DNA from: a candidate division TM6 bacterium GW2011_GWF2_37_49
GTDB lineage: Bacteria > Babelota > Babeliae > Babelales > RVW-14
Direction of reading: 5' to 3'
Assembly: GCA_000989955.1 (NCBI GenBank)
Contig: LBTE01000001.1
Span: 206,615-270,614, forward strand
DNA length: 64,000 nt
Shown: in pieces, positions 37,791-48,049 of the stretch
Layout: every line of letters starts with the position of its first letter
Numbering within the stretch: position 1 is the first letter of the stretch
Program-made: the position numbers and the translations under genes
The notes under the pieces: model-generated
What the model was told of the DNA's origin: nothing
Database searches by the model: none
The model's input: only the letters and a program-made list of their open reading frames with translations

Positions 37791-38570
37791 ATGAAAAAAT
37801 TAGGACTACTGTTTATTTTGGCTGCAGCAGTAATTGCCTCGGTCATATTTACGCGATTTAAATCTACCCAAGAGCCATTTACGCTTGAATGGCGCAAAAT
37901 AACGCTACAATCGTATGATGAAATGAAGCCAACATTTGAATTATTGCAAACTATATTTGTTGAAGCTTTTTTGCCTTTGATAAAACCGGATGTCTACAAG
38001 TATGATGCAAGATTTGCGAATATTCCAGCCGACAAAAAAAGCGTTGTCGATCAAAAAATCATTGAAGGCATCACGAAGTCGTTACAATCAGCGTGGTTCA
38101 AAAAAATGGATAAACTCCATGCCTACCTGCAAGACAAACACCTTCCTGCTGCGTATCTAGCAATTGCCAAAGACAGCCAAAATAAAGCGCTTGGATTTTC
38201 GCTATTCATGGAAGAACCAATTAAAGACAACATTGGTTCACGCATACTCAATATAACGCAAGGATCGCTTGAGCGCATCAGCCAAGACCATCAAGTCAAC
38301 GATGAAGTGTATGTAAGCCTTTTATCTGTCGATCCTGGAATACAAAAAAAAGGCGTCGGCAAAGCTTTGTTGTTTTCTGTGCTCGATCATTGTCCGCACA
38401 TTAAAACAATGTACCTAACAACTTCCGCAGGTGATTCGAATAAAAACACACAGGCGTTCTATGAACACGTAGGTTTTACTCGAATTCTTACAGGAATATT
38501 CACATCGAGCGGCGAGGAATCTGATTACGAACAGGCGGGTAAAATAGTGTATTTATACAAAAGACCCTAA
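37791..38570 (+). CDS. GNAT-family acetyltransferase with N-terminal TM/signal
   Basis: Motif A LSVDPGIQKKGVGKALL. Confidence 0.45.
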   Translation: MKKLGLLFILAAAVIASVIFTRFKSTQEPFTLEWRKITLQSYDEMKPTFELLQTIFVEAFLPLIKPDVYKYDARFANIPADKKSVVDQKIIEGITKSLQSAWFKKMDKLHAYLQDKHLPAAYLAIAKDSQNKALGFSLFMEEPIKDNIGSRILNITQGSLERISQDHQVNDEVYVSLLSVDPGIQKKGVGKALLFSVLDHCPHIKTMYLTTSAGDSNKNTQAFYEHVGFTRILTGIFTSSGEESDYEQAGKIVYLYKRP

Positions 38571-38596
38571 AATCCTTAGCATTAAATAGTTTCTTA

Positions 38597-38815
38597 CTAC
38601 TGAATGTTGAATTTATTAATTTTACGGTATAACGTACTGCGACCAATGCCAAGAATACGTGAAGCCAAAAGCAGGTTATGATCGGTCTCTTCAAGAACAA
38701 TTTCTATCAAGCTTTTTTCAAGTTCTTGAATAATCAATGGATGGATATTGCCTTTTTGGTTGCGGCCAATGCCGCTTATCATTTTTTTGACATCAGATTT
38801 TAAAAGATCATGCAA
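38597..38815 (-). CDS. Fis-family small HTH DNA-binding protein
   Basis: C-terminal LLASRILGIGRSTLYRKINKFNI matches Fis/NtrC HTH_8. Confidence 0.5.
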   Translation of the reverse strand: MHDLLKSDVKKMISGIGRNQKGNIHPLIIQELEKSLIEIVLEETDHNLLLASRILGIGRSTLYRKINKFNIQ

Positions 38816-38836
38816 GGACTGCTTCTCATCAACGAA

Positions 38837-39775
38837 TTATTTGAAATGACCGAGATAAAACAAATCAAGCGAATGAAACGATGATCCCATTTTAACCGCA
38901 TAATCAATTTTGTACAAATCTTGGTACAAGCTGTGCAAGTACGCTGGCGAAAACGATGACCACTGCTTGTTTATAAATGCGTAAGGCAGGCCATAGCTCA
39001 ACTGTTTGGCTTTGATAAAGTCTCGATTTTTCATGTATCCAACAACGTGGAATGCACGCCACACTTGATCAGCCCAAAAAGAGACCCAAAACATTTCTGG
39101 ATATGTTGACTCAAGCTCTGACCAGAGCGCAAAAAATGGCTTGGGCTGCTTGTTAAAAAAATAGTTGGATAGCTGGTTAAGCGCCGGCTGAGCTCCGATG
39201 ATTGGCGCAAGGTAATCAGGCAGATCATCAACCATATTTGCGCTTACAAGTTCTAAATAATTTATGAGCATGCAAACAACGTCCGGGCCAAGCTCTTTTT
39301 GCTGATCAAAAAATTGACGCGCTACGGATAATTTTTTGGAGGTAAGTCGACTACCCAAGAATTGTAGCAACAAATCAAACTCGCGAGCGGAAATAGACTG
39401 ATTTATATCGATAAATTCTACCAAATCTGATTTACCAACTTCGCTTGAAGTAAAAAATGCGAGATGATGCGGGCCACTGTACTTTAAGATGTAGCCAATT
39501 AATTTATCTTTTTTGCCTTGATCGGATAAATCACCCATCCAATAAAAGTTAGACATGCCCAAAACGCTCTGTCCAAGCGTTTGTTCAAAATTATTTTTAA
39601 GAGTATCCGCGTTGATGCTTTTTTTGGGGAAAGGCAAAGCATCGATTTCGACGAGTTTATTCCATAAAAAATGAAAAAACAAAAGCTCGCAAAATCGGCC
39701 TCTGAAACAAAAAACTTTTTTAGATTCCCAAAAAGTCCGATCTATTGCTCTTTTTAAAAAATCCTCAAAATTCAT
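38837..39775 (-). CDS. holA: DNA polymerase III delta subunit-like
   Basis: Length and pattern; gene order lptE-holA as in many proteobacteria. Confidence 0.35.
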   Translation of the reverse strand: MNFEDFLKRAIDRTFWESKKVFCFRGRFCELLFFHFLWNKLVEIDALPFPKKSINADTLKNNFEQTLGQSVLGMSNFYWMGDLSDQGKKDKLIGYILKYSGPHHLAFFTSSEVGKSDLVEFIDINQSISAREFDLLLQFLGSRLTSKKLSVARQFFDQQKELGPDVVCMLINYLELVSANMVDDLPDYLAPIIGAQPALNQLSNYFFNKQPKPFFALWSELESTYPEMFWVSFWADQVWRAFHVVGYMKNRDFIKAKQLSYGLPYAFINKQWSSFSPAYLHSLYQDLYKIDYAVKMGSSFHSLDLFYLGHFK

Positions 39776-40314
39776 TATTCCTCAACGCTTTGAGCTATAA
39801 ATTTTTTAAAATATTGTTCAATTTTTGGAGCAGCTGACCACATCAATCGCTTGTATTCATAATTTAAAAAATCGCTATTTAAGACTGGATTTTTGGGCTT
39901 GGATATCAATCGATCAAAGCTGAAAGAGCGTTGTGCAACAACTTCTTTTCTGTAGTTCAAAAGCTCGCAAAACAGCTCTAATTTAACAGTTGAATGAAAC
40001 AATAAAATATCTGGCGACACGTATTTCTGCACTGGATCAAGGCTTTTGATTGTAACTCGAAGCGCATAAGCTGATGATTGGCTGCTTACAACCTTGTATC
40101 CAATACGTTGAAAGTGAGACACTAGCGAATCATAAACCAAGCTTGAAATATTTTCAAAAACATTATTATTTACTGGAAGTTCAATAAAAATAGGAGTGTT
40201 TATGTGTTTGCGCATGCAATAAGTGGAACCGCTACGCCTTAGCTGACAAGCGGGAAAAAATAAAACTAGGATTGCTAAAAAAAATTTTATTACCCTTGAA
40301 TTAAGGTTAAACAT
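39775..40314 (-). CDS. lptE: LptE-like LPS-assembly lipoprotein
   Basis: Lipobox FFPAC; ~180 aa; immediately upstream of holA-like gene. Confidence 0.35.
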   Translation of the reverse strand: MFNLNSRVIKFFLAILVLFFPACQLRRSGSTYCMRKHINTPIFIELPVNNNVFENISSLVYDSLVSHFQRIGYKVVSSQSSAYALRVTIKSLDPVQKYVSPDILLFHSTVKLELFCELLNYRKEVVAQRSFSFDRLISKPKNPVLNSDFLNYEYKRLMWSAAPKIEQYFKKFIAQSVEE

Positions 40315-40322
40315 AGCAAATC

Positions 40323-41153
40323 TTATGACGTTTTACTGATTCTACTGCCAAGACTGAACATACCACCCTTTTGAGCGTAACCATTGTTTGAATAAGGCTT
40401 TTGAGCTACGGTGGACTGAACAAATTTAACGGGTGGAATGGTCTTTTTACATTCTACAATCAACTGCTGTATAGCTGTTGTTGCCATGTTTTTAAGCACA
40501 TCAAACTGAGAAGCGTTAATAGTTTTTTTCTCGCATGTGCCCTGAATCTCAACTAAATTACCGCTGCCGGTCATAACAAAGTTAAAATCGGCATCAGCAG
40601 AACTATCTTCATTAAAATCAAGATCTACAGCCTCTTTTTCACCAACAACGCCAACAGAAATAGCAGCAATGCTCTCTTTAAAAACGTCTTCTTCGAAAAT
40701 ATTGGCACTAACCCAACGATGTATAGCTAATTCTAGAGCCAAACTTGAAGCAGTGATGCATGCAACACGCGTACCGCCATCTGCTTGCAAAACATCGCAA
40801 TCAACAATAATACTACGTTCGCCAATTTGATTGAGATCTACAACGGTTCGCAAGCAACGGCCAATTAAGCGTGATATCTCGACACTGCGAGCATTGCGCT
40901 GCGCACCCGACGATTCTCGCTGAGTTCTTTGTTGAGTGGCGCACGGTAACATCGCATATTCGGCAGAAAGCCAACCAACGCGTTGCCCCTTTAAAAATTG
41001 CGGCACTGATTGCTGCAAAGAAACCGATACCATAACTTTGGTATTACCCAGCTCCAGCAACAACGAAGCATCAGCATATCCGTAGACATCGTAATTTAAT
41101 TTAACAGGCCTCAGATCACTCAAACCTCGACCGTTGGATCGATTGAAACTCAT
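40323..41153 (-). CDS. rph: ribonuclease PH
   Basis: RPVKLNYDV...GNTKVMVS...FLKGQRVGWLSAEYAMLP...DCDVLQADGGTRVA strongly matches RNase PH; ~40-aa C-terminal extension. Confidence 0.85.
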   Translation of the reverse strand: MSFNRSNGRGLSDLRPVKLNYDVYGYADASLLLELGNTKVMVSVSLQQSVPQFLKGQRVGWLSAEYAMLPCATQQRTQRESSGAQRNARSVEISRLIGRCLRTVVDLNQIGERSIIVDCDVLQADGGTRVACITASSLALELAIHRWVSANIFEEDVFKESIAAISVGVVGEKEAVDLDFNEDSSADADFNFVMTGSGNLVEIQGTCEKKTINASQFDVLKNMATTAIQQLIVECKKTIPPVKFVQSTVAQKPYSNNGYAQKGGMFSLGSRISKTS

Positions 41154-41254
41154 CTAAATCTTTTCAAATTTTTAACTAATTAAATTTATGGCTTATCTAC
41201 AACTAATTACGCCGCTCTAAAAACACGTCCTAATCAATGCTCAAAAATCAACAG

Positions 41255-41400
41255 ACATTTTTTGCAATTTTTCAAAACTTCATTCGCAATTCAGCTCTGA
41301 ATCAATGCCAGCAGGCCGCATCTTAAAATTTATCGATTTATCGCCAGAGCCGACTGGCTCTAAATTAAAAAGGGTCATATCTAATGTATGACCCTTTTTA
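41255..41400 (+). repeat. dispersed intergenic repeat, plus-orientation copy (3' end forms pnp terminator)
   Basis: cattttttgcaatttttcaaaacttcattcgcaattcagctctgaatcaatgccagcaggccgcatcttaaaatttatcgatttatcg. Confidence 0.7.
41370..41399 (-). terminator. rho-independent terminator after pnp
   Basis: aagggtcata-tctaatg-tatgaccctt flanked by A/T runs. Confidence 0.5.
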
Positions 41401-41417
41401 TCAATCATTTGACCATA

Positions 41418-43502
41418 TTACTCTAATTCTGGAGAAACAAGACGTATACGATCGGTATCGCTATCATAGGCAACAACCTTAACCTGTAACGGCTCATTAA
41501 TCTTGCAAATCTTGTACAAATCGTTTTGTTTTTGTCTGTTGATTGTTGAAATATGTATCAAGCCTTCTTTGCCCGGTACCAATTCAACAAAAACACCAAA
41601 ATCTGCAACTCGTTTTATTATTCCAGTAAATACTGAACCAACTTTAACGTCTCCTGCTATAATTCTTATCCAACACTCTGCACGGCCAGCTGCGGTACTA
41701 TCTTTTGAATAAATTTTAACAGTGCCGTCGTCTGAAATATCGATTTGAGTTGTGGTTTTAGCAATAATTTCTTTAATAATTTTACCGGCAGGACCGATAA
41801 TTGCGCCAATTTTATCTTGCGGAACCTTGAAAGATATTACGCGAGGGGCAAGATCTGAAAGCTGTTTTGGCTTAACAAGAGTTTTTGCCATTTCACACAA
41901 AATATGAATTCTGGCAATTCTTGCCTGTTCTAACGCTTTTTCCATCAATTGACGAGGCAAACCTACTTTATCTTTAATATCAAGCTGAAATGCCATGATA
42001 CCTGATTCAGTACCGGTAACCTTGAAATCCATTAACCCGAAACCATCTTCTTTGCCAGTAATATCAGTCAAAACGTGCATGTTGCCATCAGCATCTCGCA
42101 ATGCACCCATCGCAACGCCACTGATATGACTTTTGAGCGGAACACCTGCGTCCATCAAGCCTAAGCTTGTGGAACAAACAGAAGCCATCGATGATGATCC
42201 ATTAGATTCAAGAATATCTACGACAGATCTAATTGTGTAAGGAAACTGCTCTTGTGATGGTAAAACATTTAAGAATGAAGATTCTGCTAAATATCCATGT
42301 CCAATCTCTCTTCTACCAGCACCACGGATCGGCTTAACCTCACCAGTTGCAAACGGAGGAAAGTTGTAATGAAGCATGAATGAACGTTCACCAAGCCCAC
42401 CAAGCAATGTTTCTGTTTTTTGTGCATCTTGACCGGTTCCAAGAATAATACTTGCTAAAGCCTGAGTTTCTCCGCGCTGAAAAACCGAAGAACCATGCGC
42501 ACAAGGCAAAACACTAATTTCAGACATAATGTTGCGAACCTGATCAAGCGCTCTTCCATCAAGACGCTTAGAACGTTTTACAATCTCTTGTGGAAGCTCA
42601 TCTTTTACAATGGCATCCAACAAACTAAGTATTATTGTTTTAGATATTTCTTCGGATTTAATTTGACTTTCGAAAGTCTCTACAACTTTATTTTCTAAAG
42701 CTTCAAATGCCGCATAACTTGCTTTTTTAGATGTCGAAAACAAAGGATTTAAATAATCTGTAGCAAGAACATCTTTTATTTTCTTTTTCCATCCGGCTAA
42801 ATCAATACTGTTATTTAATTCAGCCTTCTTAACGCCAAGCTCTTTTTGGATATCTAGCTGCCACTGAATCTGCTTTTTGATTTCTTCATGAGCAGAGAAA
42901 AGCAAATCTATAAGTTCAGACTCTGGAACATTATTACAGTGCCCTTCAACCATGCAAATACCAGCTTGCGTTCCAGCTATCATAATATCAGAATCAGCGT
43001 CTGAAGCCTCTGAATATGGAGCATTAAATTTCCATTTACCATCAATTTTGCAAGCATGTACAGCCCCAACCGGTCCAAGAAATGGAATCTCCGATATAGT
43101 AAGCGCTAGGGAAGCACCGATCAACGCAAGTACGTTAACAGGAAATTTACCATCAAATGAGTAAACTGTGCAAAGCAATTGAACTTCATTAAAAAATTCT
43201 TGTGGAAATAAAGGACGAATTGGTCGATCAATCAGCCTAGAGGTAAGAACCTCATTATCGCTAAGCTTTCCTTCGCGTTTTACAAAACCACCAGGTATTT
43301 TTCCCACAGACGAAAAACGCTCACGATACTCAACTGTAAGCGGAAAAAAACCAAGATAATCTTGATCTTTTTTTGATGCAACAACAGTTGCCAAGACAAC
43401 ATTGTCTCCCGCTTTTATCCAAACAGCCCCATCAGCTTGACGAGCAAGCTTGCCAATTTCTGCTGTCAAGCCTAACTCAGGCAGATCAAAAACCTTATGC
43501 AT
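41418..43502 (-). CDS. pnp: polyribonucleotide nucleotidyltransferase (PNPase)
   Basis: 694 aa; two RNase PH domains, KH and S1 C-terminus. Confidence 0.9.
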   Translation of the reverse strand: MHKVFDLPELGLTAEIGKLARQADGAVWIKAGDNVVLATVVASKKDQDYLGFFPLTVEYRERFSSVGKIPGGFVKREGKLSDNEVLTSRLIDRPIRPLFPQEFFNEVQLLCTVYSFDGKFPVNVLALIGASLALTISEIPFLGPVGAVHACKIDGKWKFNAPYSEASDADSDIMIAGTQAGICMVEGHCNNVPESELIDLLFSAHEEIKKQIQWQLDIQKELGVKKAELNNSIDLAGWKKKIKDVLATDYLNPLFSTSKKASYAAFEALENKVVETFESQIKSEEISKTIILSLLDAIVKDELPQEIVKRSKRLDGRALDQVRNIMSEISVLPCAHGSSVFQRGETQALASIILGTGQDAQKTETLLGGLGERSFMLHYNFPPFATGEVKPIRGAGRREIGHGYLAESSFLNVLPSQEQFPYTIRSVVDILESNGSSSMASVCSTSLGLMDAGVPLKSHISGVAMGALRDADGNMHVLTDITGKEDGFGLMDFKVTGTESGIMAFQLDIKDKVGLPRQLMEKALEQARIARIHILCEMAKTLVKPKQLSDLAPRVISFKVPQDKIGAIIGPAGKIIKEIIAKTTTQIDISDDGTVKIYSKDSTAAGRAECWIRIIAGDVKVGSVFTGIIKRVADFGVFVELVPGKEGLIHISTINRQKQNDLYKICKINEPLQVKVVAYDSDTDRIRLVSPELE

Positions 43503-43565
43503 TTCAAATACCTCGTGATTTTAATAAAAACAAGCTCGCATTACACACGAATTTCACTCACAATT

Positions 43566-43826
43566 TTATGCATTAATTGCCTGCATCAATTTCTCGTATG
43601 CTGATCGATCTTTTTTCGCAAGATAATTCATTAAAGAACGTCTTTGTCCGACTAATCCTAACAAACCACGTTGTGAGTGATAATCTTTAGGAAATTTTTT
43701 AAGATGCTCTGAAATTTGACTTATTCTTTCTGTCAAAAGAGCAATTTGTACTTGACTTGAACCTGAATCCTTATCATGTACTCTAAACTTACCAACCAAA
43801 TTAATCTTCGTTTCTTTACTTAGCAT
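43566..43826 (-). CDS. rpsO: 30S ribosomal protein S15
   Basis: 86 aa, ...RHLKKFPKDYHSQRGLLGLVGQRRSLMNYL... Confidence 0.85.
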   Translation of the reverse strand: MLSKETKINLVGKFRVHDKDSGSSQVQIALLTERISQISEHLKKFPKDYHSQRGLLGLVGQRRSLMNYLAKKDRSAYEKLMQAINA

Positions 43827-43852
43827 TTTATATTAACCTCAATACCTTAAAA

Positions 43853-43925
43853 TAGGCGCGAGCGGATTCGAACCGCTGACCCTTGCTACGTCAAAGCAAT
43901 GCTCTACCAACTGAGCTACACGCCC
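43853..43925 (-). tRNA. tRNA-Val (anticodon GAC)
   Basis: Manual fold: acceptor GGGCGTG/CGCGCCT (two G-U), D-arm GCTCAGTTGGTAGAGC, anticodon loop TTGACGT, T-arm AGCGGTTCGAATCCGCT; no encoded CCA. Confidence 0.6.
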
Positions 43926-43933
43926 GATTAAAC

Positions 43934-46900
43934 CTATTTATTCAACCCTATTTCTAATACTTCTTCTTCACGCGCCTGTTTTTCCAATGCGGAAATATCC
44001 TCACCTATATATTTTCTTTTAAATGATTCTACACCAGTACCGGCAGGAATTATTTTACCAATTATTATATTTTCTTTCAAGCCATGTAAATAATCCACCT
44101 GGCCAACCAAGGAAGCCTCTGTCAAAACACGTGTTGTTTCTTGGAAAGATGCCGCCGATATAAAGCTTTCCGTACCAAGAGAAGCCTTCGTAATACCCAT
44201 CAAAATAGGCTTCGATGTTGCTATTCTTTTTCCTTCGTTAGCCATAGCCTTATTTACAGTTTGCAAGTACAGTTTGTCTACGCGATCCCCAACAACAAAA
44301 TTCGTATCACCTGGATCTGTAATTCTAACTTTACGCAACATTTGACGTACAATAACTTCAATATGTTTATCATTAATATCAACGCCTTGGAGAGTATAAA
44401 TTTCTTGAACCTCTTTGACAAGAAATTTTTGCACAGCATCAGGCCCAAGGATCTTTAAAATATCATGGGCATTTGGAACACCAAATGTAAGAGAATCGCC
44501 AGCATTCACACGTTCGCCATCTTCAACATTCAAATGTCTATTTCTTGGTACACTGTACTCAAATGATTCATTTTCATCAGTTATTACCATAATTTTACGC
44601 TGACCGCGATGTACTCCACCAAATTGAACAACACCATCAACCTCACTCAATATTGCAGCATCTTTTGGAATACGTGCTTCAAATAATTCAGTAATACGAG
44701 GCAATCCACCAGTAATATCTTTAGTTTTCTTTTCCTCTCGAGGAATCTTAGCCAAAATATCTCCTGGATGTACCGCTGCATTGTTTTCAGAAATTAAAAT
44801 AGCATCGGTAGGCAAATAATATCTTGCAATTTCGCCACCATCCTTATCCACAATAGATACGCATGGCTGGCGCTTTTCATCTCTTTTTCCAAGAATACTC
44901 TTGATTGATTTACCAACCGTTTCATCAAATTGTTCGTGATAAGTTACATTTTCGATTAAATCGACATACTGAGCTCGACCAGCCTTTTCACTCATAATAA
45001 CTTTATAAAGATCCCACTCTGCTATTTTTTTACCCTTTTCAACAATATCTCCATCATCAACAAATAACAGTGTACCGTGTTCTATTTTAAATTCTTCAAG
45101 CTCTCGACCATCATCAGCAACTATGGCAATACTTCCTCGTCGATTAATAACAGTTAACACACCATTTCTGTTTTTAACTGCATAAACACCTTTAAAAACT
45201 ATTTTACCTTTAACTTTAGTCTTAAAAGAATTTTCTTCTACAAGACCACTTGCCGTACCACCAACGTGAAAAGTTCTCATGGTAAGCTGTGTTCCTGGTT
45301 CACCAATTGATTGAGCGGCAACGATGCCAACAGCAGCTCCAACATCTATCATTTCTAACCTGGCTAAATCCATTCCATAACATTTAGCGCAAACCCCACG
45401 ATTAGTTTGACATGTTAAAATTGATCTAACAGGGGCCTCAGTTACAGCAGAATCTTTAAGTAACTCAACGATGACATCATCTATCATATCGCCTTGCTTA
45501 GCAATTAGCTTGCCAGTAACCGGATCCTTTATATCATCGGCTACAATTCTACCAAAGACACGCTTTGACAATGGCGCTATTACTTCACCAGATTCCTTAA
45601 GATCACTCAAAATCACGTATCCAAGAGTTTGACAATCAATTTGCGTTATAACTACATCCTGAGCAACATCCACTAATCTACGAGTTAAATATCCAGCATC
45701 AGCAGTTTTCAACGCTGTATCCGCCAAACCTTTACGAGCTCCATGTGTAGATGTAAAATATTCAAAAACATTCAAACCTTCTTTGAAGTTTGCTAAAACT
45801 GGTGTTTCCATGATTTCGCCAGATGGCGTTGCCATAAGACCTCTCATAGCAGCCAATTGACGAATTTGCTGTCTTGAGCCTCTAGCTCCTGAATCAAGCA
45901 TCATAAAAACAGGATTAAATGGCGACATTAACTTATCAGCATTAAGTCCGGCTTTTTGATCTTGTTCTTCAAGAACAGAAATCATATCATTTGTGACGGA
46001 TTCTGTAGCTCGAGCCCAAATTTGAATAACTTTATTGTATCGCTCACCATTGGTTATTGCACCATCAAGATAAAGCTGCTCTGCTTTTTCGACATCATTT
46101 AAACCATCTGCAACAATTTTATGCTTAGAATCTGGAATAACAAGATTTTCCATCGTAAGAGAAATTCCACCAAGCGTTGCGTTATTAAATCCGAGTAATT
46201 TAATACTATCAAGCGCCCTAACCGTGGCTGCTGGCCCACAAATTCTATACATTTTCTCAACCAGTTTGGCCAAATCTTTTTTCTTAACAGCTTTGTTTAC
46301 CCACTCAATTTTGGCACCATCAGGCAACGATTCGAATAATATTATTCGACCTACCGTTGTTTCAACAATATTTCCAGTCTTCAAACGTACTTTAATTGGA
46401 GCCTGAATATGAACTTTCTCATGTTGATATGCATAAATAACTTCTTCTGGAGAAGAAAATATTATTCCCTGGCCAGGAACATTTTTTCGAGCTTTTGTCA
46501 TGAAATAAAGACCCAAAACCATATCCTGCGACGGAATTGCGAGAGGACTGCCGCTTCTAGGAGATAAAATATTCTGAGAAGAAAGCATTAATCGTGCAGC
46601 TTCAGTTTGAGCCTTCTTGCTTAACAAAACGTGGACCGCCATCTGATCACCATCAAAATCTGCATTAAAAGCGGAACAAACAAGAGGGTTTATTTTTATA
46701 GCCTTACCCTCTACAAGAATAGGATAAAAGGCTTGAATACCTAATCTGTGAAGTGTTGGAGCACGATTTAGAAGAACCGCTCTATCTTTAACAACTTCTT
46801 CCAAAGCTTCCCAAACCTCTGGCGATACCTCTTCAACCATGCGCTTTGCAACTCTTAAATTGGCAGCCAGCTCACGTTTCTGCAACTCAACATAAACATA

Positions 46901-48049
46901 TGGCTTAAACAATTCAAGGGCCATAATTTTCGGCAAACCGCACTGATGTATCAATAATTTAGGCTCAACAACAATCACAGATCTTCCGGAATAATCAACT
47001 CTCTTACCTAATAAATTTTGACGGAATCGTCCTTGTTTACCACGTAACATCTCACTCAAAGATTTAAGCGGACGTCTATTTGATCCTCTAACCGGTTGGC
47101 CACGTCTTCCATTGTCTACCAATGCATCAACAGACTCCTGTAACATTCTTTTTTCATTTTTAATAATAACTTCAGGAGCTTCAAGCTCTATTAGTCGCTT
47201 TAAACGAATATTTCTATTTAAAACCCTTCTATAAAGATCATTTAAATCTGAGCTTGCAAAACGACCACCTTCAAGAGGTACCAACGGACGCAAATCAGGA
47301 GGCAGTACAGGAAGAACCTCTAATATAACCCATTCTGGACGAATATTGGCTTGATGCATACTCAACAAAACTTTATATCTTTTAGCAAGTCTATGCCTAA
47401 TAGCTATCGATGTGGTTTGTTCGTACTCTTCTTGAACTTTTCGCACTTCAAAATTCAAATCTACCATAGCCAAAATTAATCTGATAGATTCTGCCCCCAT
47501 TCCTGCTTTAAATGCTAAATCTTCAGCATGATCTCTTGTATAGTTTTCATATTCTTGTGAAGAAATTAGAGACTTAAAAGGATATGACGAATGGCTCTGA
47601 TTTATAACAATATAACTATCGAAATAAATAACTCTTTCCAAATCACGAACCGTCATCGAGGTAATTAAACTTAAATAACTAGGGATCCCTTTAAGGTACC
47701 AAATATGACAAACAGGTGAAACCAAATTAATGTGGCCCATACGCTCTCGTCTAACACGTGATTGAATAACTTCAACTCCGCATTTTTCGCAAGTAACGCC
47801 ACGATGCTTCATCCGTTTATATTTACCACAATTACATTCCCAGTCTTTTACAGGGCCAAATATTCTTGCACAAAAAAGACCATCTTTTTCCGGTTTCAAC
47901 GTTCTATAATTAATTGTTTCAATTTTTTTTACTTCACCGTAAGAAAGAGACCTAACCTTTTCAGGTGATGCTACACTCAATTTCATAGCATTAAATTGAG
48001 TAGCCTTTATATATTCACGAAATTTTTCAAGAATTCTATTATTCACCAA
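43934..48049 (-). CDS. rpoC: DNA-directed RNA polymerase subunit beta'
   Basis: 1371 aa; N-terminal Zn motif, NADFDGD catalytic motif. Confidence 0.95.
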   Translation of the reverse strand: MVNNRILEKFREYIKATQFNAMKLSVASPEKVRSLSYGEVKKIETINYRTLKPEKDGLFCARIFGPVKDWECNCGKYKRMKHRGVTCEKCGVEVIQSRVRRERMGHINLVSPVCHIWYLKGIPSYLSLITSMTVRDLERVIYFDSYIVINQSHSSYPFKSLISSQEYENYTRDHAEDLAFKAGMGAESIRLILAMVDLNFEVRKVQEEYEQTTSIAIRHRLAKRYKVLLSMHQANIRPEWVILEVLPVLPPDLRPLVPLEGGRFASSDLNDLYRRVLNRNIRLKRLIELEAPEVIIKNEKRMLQESVDALVDNGRRGQPVRGSNRRPLKSLSEMLRGKQGRFRQNLLGKRVDYSGRSVIVVEPKLLIHQCGLPKIMALELFKPYVYVELQKRELAANLRVAKRMVEEVSPEVWEALEEVVKDRAVLLNRAPTLHRLGIQAFYPILVEGKAIKINPLVCSAFNADFDGDQMAVHVLLSKKAQTEAARLMLSSQNILSPRSGSPLAIPSQDMVLGLYFMTKARKNVPGQGIIFSSPEEVIYAYQHEKVHIQAPIKVRLKTGNIVETTVGRIILFESLPDGAKIEWVNKAVKKKDLAKLVEKMYRICGPAATVRALDSIKLLGFNNATLGGISLTMENLVIPDSKHKIVADGLNDVEKAEQLYLDGAITNGERYNKVIQIWARATESVTNDMISVLEEQDQKAGLNADKLMSPFNPVFMMLDSGARGSRQQIRQLAAMRGLMATPSGEIMETPVLANFKEGLNVFEYFTSTHGARKGLADTALKTADAGYLTRRLVDVAQDVVITQIDCQTLGYVILSDLKESGEVIAPLSKRVFGRIVADDIKDPVTGKLIAKQGDMIDDVIVELLKDSAVTEAPVRSILTCQTNRGVCAKCYGMDLARLEMIDVGAAVGIVAAQSIGEPGTQLTMRTFHVGGTASGLVEENSFKTKVKGKIVFKGVYAVKNRNGVLTVINRRGSIAIVADDGRELEEFKIEHGTLLFVDDGDIVEKGKKIAEWDLYKVIMSEKAGRAQYVDLIENVTYHEQFDETVGKSIKSILGKRDEKRQPCVSIVDKDGGEIARYYLPTDAILISENNAAVHPGDILAKIPREEKKTKDITGGLPRITELFEARIPKDAAILSEVDGVVQFGGVHRGQRKIMVITDENESFEYSVPRNRHLNVEDGERVNAGDSLTFGVPNAHDILKILGPDAVQKFLVKEVQEIYTLQGVDINDKHIEVIVRQMLRKVRITDPGDTNFVVGDRVDKLYLQTVNKAMANEGKRIATSKPILMGITKASLGTESFISAASFQETTRVLTEASLVGQVDYLHGLKENIIIGKIIPAGTGVESFKRKYIGEDISALEKQAREEEVLEIGLNK

